A DNA stretch of 64,000 bases, taken from NCBI RefSeq assembly GCF_002113885.1, contig NW_018408920.1:591192-655191 (forward strand), written 5' to 3'. Under the pieces are notes generated by a model. It saw nothing but the letters and a program-made list of their open reading frames with translations. It ran no database searches and was not told the DNA's origin. This stretch comes from Mizuhopecten yessoensis. Lineage: Eukaryota. The translations under genes and the position numbers were made by a program. Positions 1-13,000 of this stretch are shown one piece after another (the stretch's first letter is position 1; the number at the start of each line of letters is the position of its first letter).

Positions 1-344
1 GTTGTTTGATTGACTGATTGACTAGATTCCCCTATAGCTATAGGACTGACCGATTATATTTGTTGTTGTTTGATTGACTGATTGTCTTTTCCTAGTGTTA
101 ACTTTCTTATTAGTGTTCGAATGTTTTCCCCACAAATCAGATTTAAATTAAGGCTCTAATAATGGACGATTTCATCGAAGAACTTATATTGACACTGAAA
201 CTCATTTTACGTCTAAAACCGATTGATAATCTTGAGGCTGGTTATGACTGGACCGTCAGATCACGATAGCTTTGCCTTTTTGTAGGTATTATGGCCAACA
301 CCAGCGGTAAAAATCCATGTTACAATTTATCTGCTAAGGCTGCT

Positions 345-500
345 TTTGGTTTGGTTTGTTTGTGTTTTACGTCCTATTAACATCTATGGTCACTTAGGGA
401 CGTGCCAGGTTTTGGTGGTGGAGGAAAGCAACAATTCTCGGAGAAAAACCACCGACCAACGGCCAGCACATAATGTACCTGCCAACTGCCCCACGTAGGC
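345..500 (-). mobile_element. 5'-truncated tRNA-derived SINE (V-domain-like), copy 1
   Basis: Matches the copies at 1586-1800 and 18038-18258: (TTTG)n tail, ttacgtcctattaac, ggttttggtggtggagg, ggagaaaaaccaccgacc, ctgccccacgtagg. The tRNA-like head is missing. Confidence 0.8.
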
Positions 501-1465
501 CCCACCATTTTGTATACTCATTTGGAAATATAACTTCACTTGAAATCTTGAAGTGTCATTTACAAACATTTGAGGTCCCTTGTGCATAGTTTTTATTCGA
601 AATAAGTAACGCATTTTTTATAATACAAACTAATCTGCTCTTAACTTCAAAAAAGATTTCCTGAGTTAAGTATACGTCGTATTTCACAGCAGAGTACGTA
701 TTTTGACATTCATCTGATTTATTTGTATTTACTGCTTAGAACTTATGCAGGGACAAGGCTTTTTGTCCCTAGGGTTCATCGCCCTCCTTAAATAAGATCC
801 ATGAAACTCTTTATAAGTTTCAGCCATTTGTAGAATATATTGGTGTTTTATAGCCATAAATTTAAAGACAAAAAATAATTCAATTCTTTTCATTTTGTTG
901 GCCAAAAAAGATCGACCTTGTATGACGGTACAGGTGATTGCCCAGCATCTCATGGATGGTCCAGGACTAAAATGTGGCTACCAAGCCGCCGAGGTAATAT
1001 CACTGGGTAAGGTTGCTAATGTTATTTTTTGCAGAAAATTATTAATCAATTATTGGAATAGAACAGACGTACATTTTGTACCTATACAGACAAAGTTCAA
1101 CTAGACTATAATGAATACTGATAACCTTTCATCAAGATTTCCACGAGTGGAATAGAAAGAATGGACGTACTTATACAGACAGGATTCAATGAGACCAAAC
1201 TGATAACCTTTCATCAAGGTTTCCTGACCCAGTGGTGGAGGGCTAGTGGTATAGAACCACTGCCACACCGCGGCCTCCTCATTGATTCATTTCACATGGA
1301 AATTACATTATCGAATAATGATGGATATCGATGATTGGGCTGTCATCCCTTGAGGGGACTATAAATACCAGCGGACAACTCTTGGCAATCGATCTGGTTC
1401 AAAATCTAGTCACCTTACTTCAAAAGTCAAAATTAATTATGCGTTTGTTTGTATGTTGTTCAATG

Positions 1466-1524
1466 TTAACATTGAGGAAGAGAGTACGGACTCATTGGTG
1501 GACAGGTCAGAGACATATACGTCT
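1466..1524 (-). CDS. Candidate terminal coding exon (K)TYMSLTCPPMSPYSLPQC* of an unannotated gene
   Basis: Acceptor tctttccag| and phase-compatible with the GTAAGT donor at 2902. Contains two Tyr motifs (YMSL, YSLP). No homology check possible. Confidence 0.35.
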
Positions 1525-1585
1525 CTGGAAAGATGTACACTGGTATTGACAAAGTGGTGTTACAATATACCAGTCCGATTGCCAT

Positions 1586-1800
1586 GGTTTGGTTTGTTTG
1601 TAATTTACGTCATATTAATAGTTGTGGTCATTCAAGGACGACACAGGTTTCTGTGGTGGAGACAACCGGAGTTAAAGAAAAACCCTCGACCTCCGACTTG
1701 TACCTGGCGGCTGCCCCACGTAGGCCTCGATCCCGCGACCCATTGGTGGAGGGTACATTGTAGTGATCGTAGATGGTCAGACACTCTATCTTCTCGGACA
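1586..1800 (-). mobile_element. tRNA-derived SINE (V-domain-like), copy 2, diverged
   Basis: Colinear with the 18038-18258 copy, including ctgccccacgtaggcctcga-cccgcgaccca-tggtggaggg. Confidence 0.8.
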
Positions 1801-1894
1801 CTTTTTATGATCTTACAAATCCTACACTTATTTTCCCTGTCACGACAAAATGTAATTGCAAATAAAAGATGCATGTATAATTCAAATAATCAAG

Positions 1895-2145
1895 GAGATA
1901 TCTAATAAACTGAGATATCTGTATTAGGTAATAAGATATCTAATAAACTTAGATATCTTTATTAGTTAATGAGATATCATGTAAACTGAGATATCTTTAT
2001 TAGTTAATGAGAGATCATATAAACTGAGATAGCTTTATTAGTTAATGAGATATCATATAAACTGAGATAGCTGTATTAGTTAATGAGAGATCATATAAAC
2101 TGAGAAATCTTTATCAGTTAATGAGAGATCATGTAAACTATACAG
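1895..2145. repeat. AT-rich tandem repeat, ~39-bp unit with GAGATATC sub-repeats
   Basis: Repeated taaactgagatatctttattagttaatgagatatca. Confidence 0.85.
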
Positions 2146-2241
2146 ATACATTCTTTTTAATATTATATATTATGACCTTTAGGTCGCCTAAGTGTATTTA
2201 TATGAGATATATTACATTTAGAAATATCACAATTCATTTAA

Positions 2242-2335
2242 GGAGGCTCCACAGTTTCGAAATTAACAAGCAAAATTTTGCGGAAGTACGTCACGAAAAT
2301 GGACACTGATGACTATATATATGTGTGGAGCCACC
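2242..2335. mobile_element. 94-bp miniature DNA transposon with TTAA target duplication (Kolobok-like ends)
   Basis: TTAA|GGAGGCTCCACA ... TGTGGAGCCACC|TTAA: 12-bp TIR with 1 mismatch and TTAA on both sides. Confidence 0.6.
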
Positions 2336-2902
2336 TTAAGATATATTTCATAAAGTTTATGATATTCATATAACATTTAAAGATATTTCTATATTATTCA
2401 AAGACATCTTTCGAAACTTATATCAAATCTCTTTAAATCTATCAGAGATATTTTAAGTTTTCAAATGTAGTGATGTGTTTCAATAGGTTAAAGATAAATC
2501 GAAAACTGTTTTAAAAAAGATATGTCTATTTCATGTAAAAATCTCTTCATTTTATTTAAAGATGCCTCTATTTCGAAAATAAATGAGGTAACCAAAATAT
2601 TCACGATTTACAGCAACAGTCATAAATGCATTCTTGGAAAAACTGTCTATATTAAAACTAGTACAGCTTTTAAGTTCAATAAATGTTTATTGATTAAATA
2701 TGTTAAATAAATATGTATACGACACTACAAAATTTAGAAAATCTTAGATGTAAACCATTCTCTGCTACACTTTGCTCAAAGCTTCATTCAAGTTCGGTTA
2801 ACAACTTCTGGACAAAAGAACAAAGACAGGCGTGTTACGGCACAATTTCTCACCCGGGTCGTGTTGGGGTGAGAAATCGTGCCGTAACACAAGCGTACTT
2901 AC

Positions 2903-3005
2903 TCACGCACGTCATCATGATCACATAATGGTCAATATCATCATCATCATCAACATACGGAAACTCATAGGCACCGTCCTCCACAAGGAGAGGTCCATTC
3001 TCACC
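2903..3005 (-). CDS. Candidate internal exon GENGPLLVEDGAYEFPYVDDDDDIDHYVIMMTCV, an acidic Tyr-motif cytoplasmic-tail-like peptide
   Basis: Acceptor tttaccag| at 3006; overlapping donors GTGAGT (2906) and GTAAGT (2902); open frame with YEFP, YVDD and YVIM motifs. Confidence 0.5.
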
Positions 3006-3568
3006 CTGGTAAACCCAGATAGAGAGGTCCATTCTCACCCCGGTACACCCAGACAGAGAGGCCCATTATCATCCCGGTACACCCAGACAGAGAGGTCCAT
3101 TATCATCCCGGTACACCCTGACAGAGAGGTCCATTCTCACCCCGGTACACCCAGAAAGAGAGGTCCATTATCATCCCGGTACACCCAGACAGAGAGGTCC
3201 ATTCTCATCCCGGTACACCCAGACAGAGAGGTCCATTCTCACCCCGGTACACCCTAACAGAGAGGTCCATTCTCACCCCGGTAAACCCAGATAGAGAGGT
3301 CCATTATCATCCCAGTACACCCAGACAGAGAGGTCCATTTTCACCCTGGTAAACCCAGATAGAGAGGTCCATTCTAACCCTGGTAAACCCAGATAGAGAG
3401 GTCCATTCTCACCCCGGTACACCCAGACAGAGAGGTCCATTCTCACCCCGGTACACCCAGACAGAGAGGTCCATTCTCACCCCGGTACACCCAGACAGAG
3501 AGGTCCATTATCATCCCGGTACACCCAGACAGAGAGGTCCATTATCATCCCGGTACACCCAGACAGAG
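2987..3568. repeat. 34-bp minisatellite, ~17 copies
   Basis: Unit agagaggtccattctcaccccggtacacccagac. Confidence 0.95.
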
Positions 3569-3731
3569 CTTATATACTTGTATTCGTGTACACGACTGAG
3601 CTGTAAAGCTCAATGAAATAAAATGGTTTGAATTTGATCCTGATTTGATATCTGGTTTATATTACAGTCAAACACAATAAGTCATGTAAACATTGATCCC
3701 AAAGGTTGCGAGAGATCCCTTTATTTGAAAA

Positions 3732-3796
3732 TCACACAGAGATAGTGGTCACACAGAGATAGTGATCACACAGAGATAGTGGTCACACAGAGATAG
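3732..3796. repeat. 17-bp tandem repeat, ~4 copies
   Basis: tcacacagagatagtgg repeated. Confidence 0.9.
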
Positions 3797-4066
3797 GTTT
3801 TTTTTAACGCCATACTTGTTGACCTAATGTGCAATTACTGATATTATTGATCGATTACGTGCACGTGCAATCCTTCACGTCATTAGTTACATGGTAAACA
3901 TGACGCACTAAAAACTGGAGGATCATAAGATAATCAATGATAATGTAATATATTTTGACGAGGTATATGTAGTCCAGAAACGTATTTACTAGGTAAATAC
4001 ACCGAGTGTCAAACGCCTCTGTCAACCAGTTGGCCCATTCATGTTACTATAACACATCAACGTGTA

Positions 4067-7000
4067 ATTTCTCTTAAATCCGAGTTTTACATAGTTATTT
4101 GGTTGGGGAAATAAAAACTAACACTAAATGTCGGACTTCTGTAGGAAAAAAAGGCGATCATTAAAGAATGGTTTGGACGTTGTTTGTTCTCTACATTGTA
4201 CAATAAGTTTCTTTTCTCAATCAACGCAAATCTTTAGATTTCCAATCTTCAACACTTTTGTAAAACAAAGATTTGATTTTATGTTTTAAGTGAGAAAAAA
4301 ACTATGACAGAAATCTCTATTTGATAAAGATGTAACTGTACTCCTATTTTTGATAAATAGGTCAATAAACAAATGGTTAAACAGATATTTGTGGTATACA
4401 GTTATACATTTATAACTATATAACTCGGTTAACCATTTACAGTTATGTGTTTATAACTATGTGTAACTCGATTAATTGTATACAGTTATGTGTGTATAAC
4501 TATATAACTCGGTTAACCGTTTACTGTTATGTGTTTATAACCATGTATAACTCGGTTAACCGTTTACAGTTATGTGTTAATAACCATGTATAATTCGGTT
4601 TATTGTTTATAATTATGTGATTATAACTACATAACTTGGTTAACTGTATACAGTTATGTGTTTAAAACTATATAGCTCGGTTAACTGTTTACAGTTATGT
4701 GATTATAACTTACATAAATCGGTTAACTCTATACAGTTATGCCTCTATAACTATATAAATCGGTTAACTGTATACAGTTCTGTGTCTATAACTATATAGC
4801 TCGGTTAACTGTTTACAGTTATGTGATAATAACTACATAACTCGGTTAACTGTTTACAGCTATTGGATTTAAACTAGTATATTACTCGGTAACGTATGCA
4901 TTCATATCTATATAGCACGGTTAACTGTTTACAGTTATGTGTTTATAACTACATAACTCGGTTAACTGTTTACAGTTATGTGTTTATATCTACATAACTC
5001 GGTTAGCTGTATACAGTTATTGGACTATAACTGTATAACTCGGTCAACTGTTTACAGTTATTGGATTATAACCGTATAACTCGGTTAACTGTTTACAGCT
5101 ATTGGATTATAACTAGTATATTACTCGGTAAACGTATGTGTGTATAACTATATAGCTCTGTTAACTGTTTACAGCTATTGGATTTAAACTAGTATATTAC
5201 TCGGTAAACGGATGTGTATATAACTATATAGCTCGGATAACTGTATACAGTTATGTGTCTATTACTATATTGCTCGGTTAACTGTTTACAGCTATTGGAT
5301 TATAATTAGTATATTACTCGGTAAACGGATGTGTATATAACTATATAGCTCGGTTAATTGTATACAGTTATGTGTTTATAACTACATACCTCGGTTAACT
5401 GTATACAGTTATGCCTCTATAACTATATAAATCGGTTAACTGTATACAGTTATGTGTCTATAACTATATAGCTCGGTTAACTGTTTACAGTTATGTGATT
5501 ATAACTTACATAAATCGGTTAACTGTTTACAGCTATTGGATTTAAACTAGTATATTACTCGGTAACGTATGCATTCATATCTATATAGCACGGTTAACTG
5601 TTTACAGTTATTGAATTATAACTGTATAACTCGGTTAACTGTTTACAGCTATTGGATTATAACTAGTATATTACTCGGTAAACGTATGTGTATATAACTA
5701 TAAAGCTCGGTTAACTGTATACAGTTATGTGTTTATAACTACATAACTCGGTTAACTGTATACAGTTATGTGTTTATATCTACATAACTCGGTTAGCTGT
5801 ATACAGTTATTGGACTATAACTGTATAACTCGGTCAACTGTTTACAGCTATTGGATTATAACTAGTATATTACTCGGTAAACGTATGTGTATATAACTAT
5901 AAAGCTCGGTTAACTGTATACAGTTATGGGATTAAAACTAGTATATTACTCGGTAAACGTATGCATATATATCTATATAGCTCGGTTAACTGTGTAGAGT
6001 TATGTGTTTATAACTACATAACTCGGTTAACTGTTTATAGTTATGTGTTTATAACTACATACCTCGGTTAACTGTATACAGTTATGTGTGTATAACTATA
6101 TAGCTCGGTTAACTGTTTAAAGCTATGGGATTATAACTAGTATGTTACTCGGTAAACGTATGCATATATATCTATATAGCTCGGTTAACTGTATACAGTT
6201 ATGTGTTTATAACTATATAGCTCGGTTAACTGTTTACAGCTATGGGATTAAAACTAGAATATTACTCGGTAAACGTATGCATATATATCTATATAGCTCT
6301 GTTAACTGTATACAGTTATGTGTTTATAACCATGTATAACTCGGTTAACTGTTTATAATTATGTGTCTATAACTATATAACTCGGTTAACTGTATACAGT
6401 GATGTGTGTATAACTATATAGCTCGGTTAACTGTTTAAAGCTATGGGATTATAACTAGTATGTTAATCGGTAAACGTATGCATATATATCTATATAGCTC
6501 TGTTAACTGTATACAGTTATGTGTTTATAACTACATAACTCGGTTAACTCTATACAGTTATGTGTGTATAACTATATAGCTCGGTTAACCGTTTACAGCT
6601 GTGGGATTATAACTAGTATATTACTCGGTAAAGGTATGCATATATATCTATATAGCTCGGTTAACTGTGTAGAGTTATGTGTTTATAACTACATAACTCG
6701 GTTAACTCTATACAGTGATGTGTGTATAACTATATAGCTCGGTTAACTGTTTAAAGCTATGGGATTATAACTAGTATGTTAATCGGTAAACGTATGCATA
6801 TATATCTATATAGCTCGGTTAACTGTGTATAGTTATGTGTTTATAACTACATAACTCGGTTAACTCTATACAGTTATGTGTGTATAACTATATAGCTCGG
6901 TTAACTGTTTAAAGCTATGGGATTATAACTAGTATGTTAATCGGTAAACGTATGCATATATATCTATATAGCTCGGTTAACTGTTTACAGTTATTGGATT

Positions 7001-10000
7001 ATAACTGGATAACTCGGTTAACTGTTTACAGCTATTGGATTATTACTAGTATATTACTCGGTAAACGTATGTGTATATAGCTATATAGTTCGGTTAACGG
7101 TATACAGTTATGTGTTTATAACCATGTATAACTCGGTTAACTGTTTATAATTATGTGTTTATAACTATATAACTCGGTTAACTGTATACAGTTATGTGTG
7201 TATAACTATATAGCTCGGTTAACTGTTTACAGCTATGGGATTATAACTAGTATACTACTCGGTAAACGTATGTGTGTATAACTATATAACTCGGTTAACT
7301 GTTTATAGTTATGTGTTTATAACTACATAACACGGTTACCTGTTTACAGTTATGTGTGTATAACTTCATAACTCGGTTAACTGTTTAGAGCTATGGGATT
7401 ATAGCTACATAACTCGGTTAACTGTATACAGTTATGTGTGTATAACTATATAGCTCGGTTAACTGTATACAGTTATTTGTTTATAACTACATAACTCTGT
7501 TAACTGTTTACAGCTATGGGATTATAGCTACATAACTCGGTTAACTGTATACAGTTATGTGTATATAACTATATAGCTCGGTTAACTGTTTACAGCTATG
7601 GGATTATAACTACATAGCTCGGTTAACTGTTTACAGCTATTGCATTATAACTAGTATATTACTCGGTAAACGTATGTGTATATAACTATATAGCTCGGTT
7701 AACTGTTTACAGTTATGGGATTATAATTAGTATAACTCGGTAAACTGAAGTACGGGTTACAATTTGTGTGCGGTGAAGTGTTCCATAAAACAGAAATACA
7801 GCTTCCTACCTTCTTTTGTTGCACTTCGAGAGTTTGGTCGATAATACGTGTTTATAGATTTATTCCCGTTAAACCCAACCATTTGTACCTTTTATCTGTT
7901 TCTAAACCGTCGACTACCCTTTAGTGAAAAATAATCGGCTTTAATATAAAGATTTCGACATGATTTCGACAAGGAATACAGCATTCTCATGTCTATTCTG
8001 AAAACCAACTAATACAATACATTAACAACTGAGACTTATGTTCAACATCACAGTGACATGGACAATCATGATAATAATCAAGGATATTACAAGGAAGCGT
8101 GCTACTGTTTTAATATATTCAAAAGAGTTTGACAAGGTAATTGATTCGAAAAAACTAGAATCACTACTTTTCATATATATATTTGGTAAATATGGTGTTG
8201 ACGAGTGATAATGAAGAATTTAATTCGAGTCATTTCAAATCGAATTTATGAAACTGAAAAATGTATTAACAGGTAAAACACCTCATTACAAATTATATTT
8301 AGAAACATGTTTTGAAATGCTACATCCAGACATCATAGATATAAACTAATACTTATGAGTAAAATACTGAATCGACCTCCATACCTCTATGGAGTTGTAA
8401 ACGCTATATATGGCACATTCTCCGTCCGAATGAACACAGTACATTTCTCTTAAATCCGAGTTTTACATAGTTATTTGGTTGGGGAAATAAAAACTAAAAC
8501 TAAATGTCGGACTTCTGTGGGAAGAAAAGGCGATCATTAAAGAATGGTTTGGACGTTGTTTTGTTCTCTACATTGTACAATAAGTTCTTTTTCCCAATCA
8601 ACGTAAATCTTTAGATATCCAATCATCAACACTTTTGTAAAACAAAGATTTTATTTTATGTCTTTAGTGAGAAAAAACTATGACAGAAATCTCCATTTGA
8701 TAAAGATGTAACTGTACTCCTATTTTTGATAAATAGGTCAATAAACAAATGGTTAAAACAGATATTTGTGGTATACAGTTATGTATTTATAACTATATAA
8801 CTCGGTTAACCGTTTACAGTTATGTGTTTATAACCATGTATAACTCGGTTAACTGTTTACAGTGATGTGTTTATAACTATGTATAACTCGGTTAATTGTA
8901 TACAGTTATGTGTGTATAACTATATAACTCGGTTAACCGTTTACAGTTATGTGTTTATAACCATGTATAACTCGGTTAACTGTTAACAGTGATGTGTTAA
9001 TAACTATGTATAACTCGGTTAACCGTTTACAGTTATGTGTTTATAACCATGTATAACTCGGTTAACGTATGTGTATATAACTATATAGCTCGGTTAACTG
9101 TTTACAGCTATGGGATTATAACTACATAACTCGGTTAACTGTATACAGTTATGTGTGTATAACTATATAGCTCGGTTAACTGTATACAGTTATTTGTTTA
9201 TAACTACATAACTCTGTTAACTGTTTACAGCTATGGGATTATAACTACATAGCTCGGTTAACTGTTTACAGCTATTGCATTATAACTAGTATATTACTCG
9301 GTAAACGTATGTGTATATAACTATATAGCTCGGTTAACTGTTTACAGTTATGGGATTATAATTAGTATAACTCGGTAAACTGAAGTACGGGTTACAATTT
9401 GTGTGCGGTGAAGTGTTCCATAAAACAGAAATACAGCTTCCTACCTTCTTTTGTTGCACTTCGAGAGTTTGGTCGATAATACGTGTTTATAGATTTATTC
9501 CCGTTAAACCCAACCATTTGTACCTTTTATCTGTTTCTAAACCGTCGACTACCCTTTAGTGAAAAATAATCGGCTTTAATATAAAGATTTCGACATGATT
9601 TCGACAAGGAATACAGCATTCTCATGTCTATTCTGAAAACCAACTAATACAATACATTAACAACTGAGACTTATGTTCAACATCACAGTGACATGGACAA
9701 TCATGATAATAATCAAGGATATTACAAGGAAGCGTGCTACTGTTTTAATATATTCAAAAGAGTTTGACAAGGTAATTGATTCGAAAAAACTAGAATCACT
9801 ACTTTTCATATATATATTTGGTAAATATGGTGTTGACGAGTGATAATGAAGAATTTAATTCGAGTCATTTCAAATCGAATTTATGAAACTGAAAAATGTA
9901 TTAACAGGTAAAACACCTCATTACAAATTATATTTAGAAACATGTTTTGAAATGCTACATCCAGACATCATAGATATAAACTAATACTTATGAGTAAAAT

Positions 10001-13000
10001 ACTGAATCGACCTCCATACCTCTATGGAGTTGTAAACGCTATATATGGCACATTCTCCGTCCGAATGAACACAGTACATTTCTCTTAAATCCGAGTTTTA
10101 CATAGTTATTTGGTTGGGGAAATAAAAACTAAAACTAAATGTCGGACTTCTGTGGGAAGAAAAGGCGATCATTAAAGAATGGTTTGGACGTTGTTTTGTT
10201 CTCTACATTGTACAATAAGTTCTTTTTCCCAATCAACGTAAATCTTTAGATATCCAATCATCAACACTTTTGTAAAACAAAGATTTTATTTTATGTCTTT
10301 AGTGAGAAAAAACTATGACAGAAATCTCCATTTGATAAAGATGTAACTGTACTCCTATTTTTGATAAATAGGTCAATAAACAAATGGTTAAAACAGATAT
10401 TTGTGGTATACAGTTATGTATTTATAACTATATAACTCGGTTAACCGTTTACAGTTATGTGTTTATAACCATGTATAACTCGGTTAACTGTTTACAGTGA
10501 TGTGTTTATAACTATGTATAACTCGGTTAATTGTATACAGTTATGTGTGTATAACTATATAACTCGGTTAACCGTTTACAGTTATGTGTTTATAACCATG
10601 TATAACTCGGTTAACTGTTAACAGTGATGTGTTAATAACTATGTATAACTCGGTTAACCGTTTACAGTTATGTGTTTATAACCATGTATAACTCGGTTAA
10701 CGTATGTGTATATAACTATATAGCTCGGTTAACTGTTTACAGCTATGGGATTATAACTACATAACTCGGTTAACTGTATACAGTTATGTGTGTATAACTA
10801 TATAGCTCGGTTAACTGTATACAGTTATTTGTTTATAACTACATAACTCTGTTAACTGTTTACAGCTATGGGATTATAACTACATAGCTCGGTTAACTGT
10901 TTACAGCTATTGCATTATAACTAGTATATTACTCGGTAAACGTATGTGTATATAACTATATAGCTCGGTTAACTGTTTACAGTTATGGGATTATAATTAG
11001 TATAACTCGGTAAACTGAAGTACGGGTTACAATTTGTGTGCGGTGAAGTGTTCCATAAAACAGAAATACAGCTTCCTACCTTCTTTTGTTGCACTTCGAG
11101 AGTTTGGTCGATAATACGTGTTTATAGATTTATTCCCGTTAAACCCAACCATTTGTACCTTTTATCTGTTTCTAAACCGTCGACTACCCTTTAGTGAAAA
11201 ATAATCGGCTTTAATATAAAGATTTCGACATGATTTCGACAAGGAATACAGCATTCTCATGTCTATTCTGAAAACCAACTAATACAATACATTAACAACT
11301 GAGACTTATGTTCAACATCACAGTGACATGGACAATCATGATAATAATCAAGGATATTACAAGGAAGCGTGCTACTGTTTTAATATATTCAAAAGAGTTT
11401 GACAAGGTAATTGATTCGAAAAAACTAGAATCACTACTTTTCATATATATATTTGGTAAATATGGTGTTGACGAGTGATAATGAAGAATTTAATTCGAGT
11501 CATTTCAAATCGAATTTATGAAACTGAAAAATGTATTAACAGGTAAAACACCTCATTACAAATTATATTTAGAAACATGTTTTGAAATGCTACATCCAGA
11601 CATCATAGATATAAACTAATACTTATGAGTAAAATACTGAATCGACCTCCATACCTCTATGGAGTTGTAAACGCTATATATGGCACATTCTCCGTCCGAA
11701 TGAACACAGTACATTTCTCTTAAATCCGAGTTTTACATAGTTATTTGGTTGGGGAAATAAAAACTAAAACTAAATGTCGGACTTCTGTGGGAAGAAAAGG
11801 CGATCATTAAAGAATGGTTTGGACGTTGTTTTGTTCTCTACATTGTACAATAAGTTCTTTTTCCCAATCAACGTAAATCTTTAGATATCCAATCATCAAC
11901 ACTTTTGTAAAACAAAGATTTTATTTTATGTCTTTAGTGAGAAAAAACTATGACAGAAATCTCCATTTGATAAAGATGTAACTGTACTCCTATTTTTGAT
12001 AAATAGGTCAATAAACAAATGGTTAAAACAGATATTTGTGGTATACAGTTATGTATTTATAACTATATAACTCGGTTAACCGTTTACAGTTATGTGTTTA
12101 TAACCATGTATAACTCGGTTAACTGTTTACAGTGATGTGTTTATAACTATGTATAACTCGGTCAATTGTATACAGTTATGTGTGTATAACTATATAACTC
12201 GGTTAACCGTTTACAGTTATGTGTTTATAACTATGTATAACTCGGTTAACCGTTTACAGTTATGTGTTTATAACTATGTATAACTCGGTTAATTGTTTAT
12301 AGTTATGTGATTATAACTACATAACTCGGTTAACTTATACAGTTATGTGTTTATAACTATATAGCTCGGTTAACTGTTTACAGTTATGTGATAAAAACTA
12401 CATAACTCGGTTAACTGTTTACAGTTATGTGATTATAACTAACATAAATCGGTTAACTCTATACAGTTATGTCTCTATAACTATATAAATCGGTTAACTG
12501 TATGCAGTTATGTGTCTATAACTATATAGCTCGGTTAACTGTTTACAGTGATGTGCTAATAACTACATAACTCGGTTAACTGTTTACAGCTATTGGATTA
12601 AAACTAGTATATTACTCGGTAAACGTATGCATATATATCTATATATCTCGGTTAGCTGTTTACAGTTATTGAATTATAACTGTATAACTTGGTTAACTGT
12701 TTACAGCTATTGGATCATAACTAGTATATTACTCGGTAAACGTATGTGTATATAACTATATAGCTCGGTTAACTGTATACCGTTATGTGTTTATAATTAC
12801 ATAGCTCGGTTAACTGTATACAGTAATGAGTTTATAACTACATAACTCGGTTAACTGTATACAGTTATGCGTGTATAACTATATAGCTCGGTTAACTGTA
12901 TACCGTTATGGGGTTATAATTACATAGCTCGGTTAACTGTATACAGTAATGAGTTTAACTACATAACTCGGTTAACTGTATACAGTTACGTGTGTATAAC

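Noticed and set aside
1453-1905. 150-aa plus-strand ORF
   Set aside because: Largely the antisense reading of a SINE copy.
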